From assembly GCA_030167865.1 (NCBI GenBank), contig JALAGF010005301.1:1-50961 (forward strand): 50,961 nucleotides of DNA, read 5' to 3'. Both the position numbers and the translations under genes were made by a program. Below, one piece after another: positions 48,771 to 50,961 of the stretch. The notes beneath the pieces were generated by a model. The model was not told where the DNA came from. It saw only the letters and a program-made list of their open reading frames with translations, and ran no database searches. Position 1 is the stretch's first letter; every line of letters begins with the position of its first letter. The stretch comes from Craspedostauros australis (Eukaryota).

Positions 48771-50206
48771 CTTGTTGTGTGTTGTTGTCTGTTGTTGTCT
48801 GTTGTTGTGTGTTGTGGTCGTCGGTGGTTGGGTACAAGAGTATGTGTCAGATGATGTGGATTGAGATGGAGGTCTCTCTTCTTGATGATTGCAAATCGGC
48901 ACAAGGACTTCTGAGGATGATGAGGGCTCGATGATGGTGTGATGATGGTTCGATGGCAACTCTCTGTGCTGATGGTGGGGACGAGAGTGATGTGTTCCGG
49001 ATGAAGCAGAGATGGGGTGTGGCGTCCCTGCAGAGACAGAGACAGAGAGGAGATGGATGCTCCTGAAAGATCTCAAGAGGTCAGAATGAGGGATGCGCTG
49101 TTGGTGTTTGTTGTGGCAGAGCGGCGAAGGCGGATGTGCACGCTGGTGTCAAGGGGAAGTAGGGGCAGAAATGACACGCACCAGCCAACCACAGAGAACG
49201 AAAGATCGCAGAGAGAGCCTGATTCGTGGTTGTTGTTGTTGTGCGTTGTTTGTGTTGCTTGGGGTTCAGCTTCGAGATGTTGATTCCCGGATGGCAGGGG
49301 GTGGCAGATCAAGCTGGAACAGTTTGTCGCTTCGCGCACATCTGTGGGCGCTTCAACAACCGTCACCCCCAAATTAATGTGGTTTTGGATTTTTGCGGCT
49401 CGAAGAGAAGCGAAGGATACGAACGCGTGACACAGCAGAACAACGCGGTGCGAAAAAATTGGAGCGAAACCGCAGCAACAAGGGAGAGTGATGGCGAATG
49501 CGGTTCACCCCGCCACTTCACGCGAGCACGAGCATCACAGAGAGATCAATGAGAGCGGTTCCAGCCTCGTAGAGTACTGGTGTCCCACCAATCCTTCTTC
49601 ATCACCATCGCTACCCCCATCATCACCATTACCACATTCACAACCACAGAGACGGAAACGGAGGGAGATCACAGCAGACCACAATCCAACAACAACCGAC
49701 ACATCACCACAACTTTTTTTACCACATTCCTTCCTGCACACGAGTCAGATCAACAGTTCGCCAATACATCACGCAAGATCGACCTTCACCTTCACCTCTT
49801 CGTCCCTCTTGGCAGCAACCGCCAACTCCCTCATCTACTTTGCTTCGTCTCATCTCATCTCACTTCAGCTCGATCAGGGCCTCTCGTGCAGAACGATCGT
49901 GACACCAGACACGGAAAGTAAGTGTGGAATTCGGAAGATGTAATTGTACACCTTCAACCTCCATGTGAAACCCACAGCAGCATCCGTTACGACATCAGAG
50001 AGGCTCCGCCACATGCCTTCCTCTTCTGAAGGAAGCACAATACCACATTCCAACGTAGCGGAACAGCAGTGTCTACATACTCACGCCTGCCTTCTTGCAT
50101 CCCTCCACGAATCAACTACATCCAATACCAGCAACGACCCCCTTGCGAATAGAGCACGTGAAGCAACCAACATCAACCAACAACAACAACAACAGCAACC
50201 ATCGCC

Positions 50207-50961
50207 ATGATCGCCGGCTTTGAAGTATGGACGCCCGAAAAGGCACCCACCTTCGACGATGGCATGCCCGTCTTCGAGATCATCGGAACCGATGCCCAGA
50301 TCGTTCAGTTCCCAGTGCGCGCAGGACGCCAAATCACTTGCTTCTCCGGTGCCATGGCCTACATGAGCGACGGCATGAAGATGGATGTGAAGCTCGCTGG
50401 TCTCAAGAAGACATTCGGACGATTGGCTGGTGGAGGATCGCTGTTCGAAGTCACGTACACCAACGAGACCAACGAAGACGGATTCATCGGCATGACGCCA
50501 GATTATCCAGGAATCATCATCCCACTCAACATGGCCACAACAGGCAAGATCTACTGTCTTCGTGACTCATTCCTCTGTTCCACGGTTGGCTTGGGCAACC
50601 AGACCACGGATATCTCTGCGGGTTTCAATCCAGCAAACAGCATTGGTGGAATCATCTGCAGTGGCTTCGATTTCATCGTTCAGACGTTGGAGAATGGTGA
50701 ATGGGCCTTCATCATGTCGATGGGAACAGTCGTGAAGAAGACCTTGGGCGAAGGAGAGGCCGTGCAGGTGGATGGCGACAGCATCCTGGCCTTCGACGCT
50801 TCCGTCCAGATTGATATCAAGTCAGTTGGTAACTGTGCCGCCATCTGTTGTGGTGGTGAAGGTCTGTTCAACACGACGATGGTGGGTCCAGGACAGATCT
50901 GGCTTCAGAGCATGGGAATTGACAAGATGAGACATCTGTTCCCGCCACAAGTGTCAAGTCC
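50207..50961 (+). CDS. AIM24-family protein, paralog C, runs off the window end (absent from the ORF track because no stop is included)
   Basis: Own translation from ATG 50207: MIAGFEVW..FEIIGTDAQIV..GAMAYMSDG..RLAGGGSLF..GMTPDYPGIIIPL..LGEGEAVQVDGDSILAFD..CCGGEGLFNTTMVGPGQIWLQSM. Confidence 0.9.
   Translation, partial: MIAGFEVWTPEKAPTFDDGMPVFEIIGTDAQIVQFPVRAGRQITCFSGAMAYMSDGMKMDVKLAGLKKTFGRLAGGGSLFEVTYTNETNEDGFIGMTPDYPGIIIPLNMATTGKIYCLRDSFLCSTVGLGNQTTDISAGFNPANSIGGIICSGFDFIVQTLENGEWAFIMSMGTVVKKTLGEGEAVQVDGDSILAFDASVQIDIKSVGNCAAICCGGEGLFNTTMVGPGQIWLQSMGIDKMRHLFPPQVSS

Noticed and set aside
48771..49076. N-terminal extension of AIM24 paralog B in the ORF track
   Set aside because: Non-ATG start and CAA-rich leader typical of 5' UTRs here; the domain begins shortly after ATG 48770.

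Overview
Eukaryotic genomic DNA with GT-AG introns, CpG-rich coding sequence and bipartite signal/ASAFAP-like plastid presequences, most consistent with a diatom or other photosynthetic stramenopile. I rebuilt about 16 gene models by hand: a Dispatched/Patched-like SSD transporter (5' truncated), a PUB-domain protein, a CpG-depleted orphan ORF across an assembly gap, mitochondrial-type malic enzyme, a Cys-rich thylakoid-lumen protein, a membrane-anchored GH161-like protein with degenerate conserved motifs, a ~3050-aa intronless disordered protein, organellar MetRS, a tail-anchored cyclophilin, OPA3, an unknown membrane protein, an NHL-repeat type I membrane protein, a 2'-5' oligoadenylate-synthetase-like (OAS) nucleotidyltransferase and three adjacent AIM24 paralogs. 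The most notable region is 40.9-51 kb: receptor-like NHL protein, an OAS-like enzyme with an Asp->Ser change at the third catalytic position, and three Cys-rich AIM24 genes, a possible immune/stress locus (functional linkage is inference only). Also notable are the GH161 pseudo-enzyme candidate and a 134-bp MITE-like element. All family calls rest on motif recognition, not database searches.
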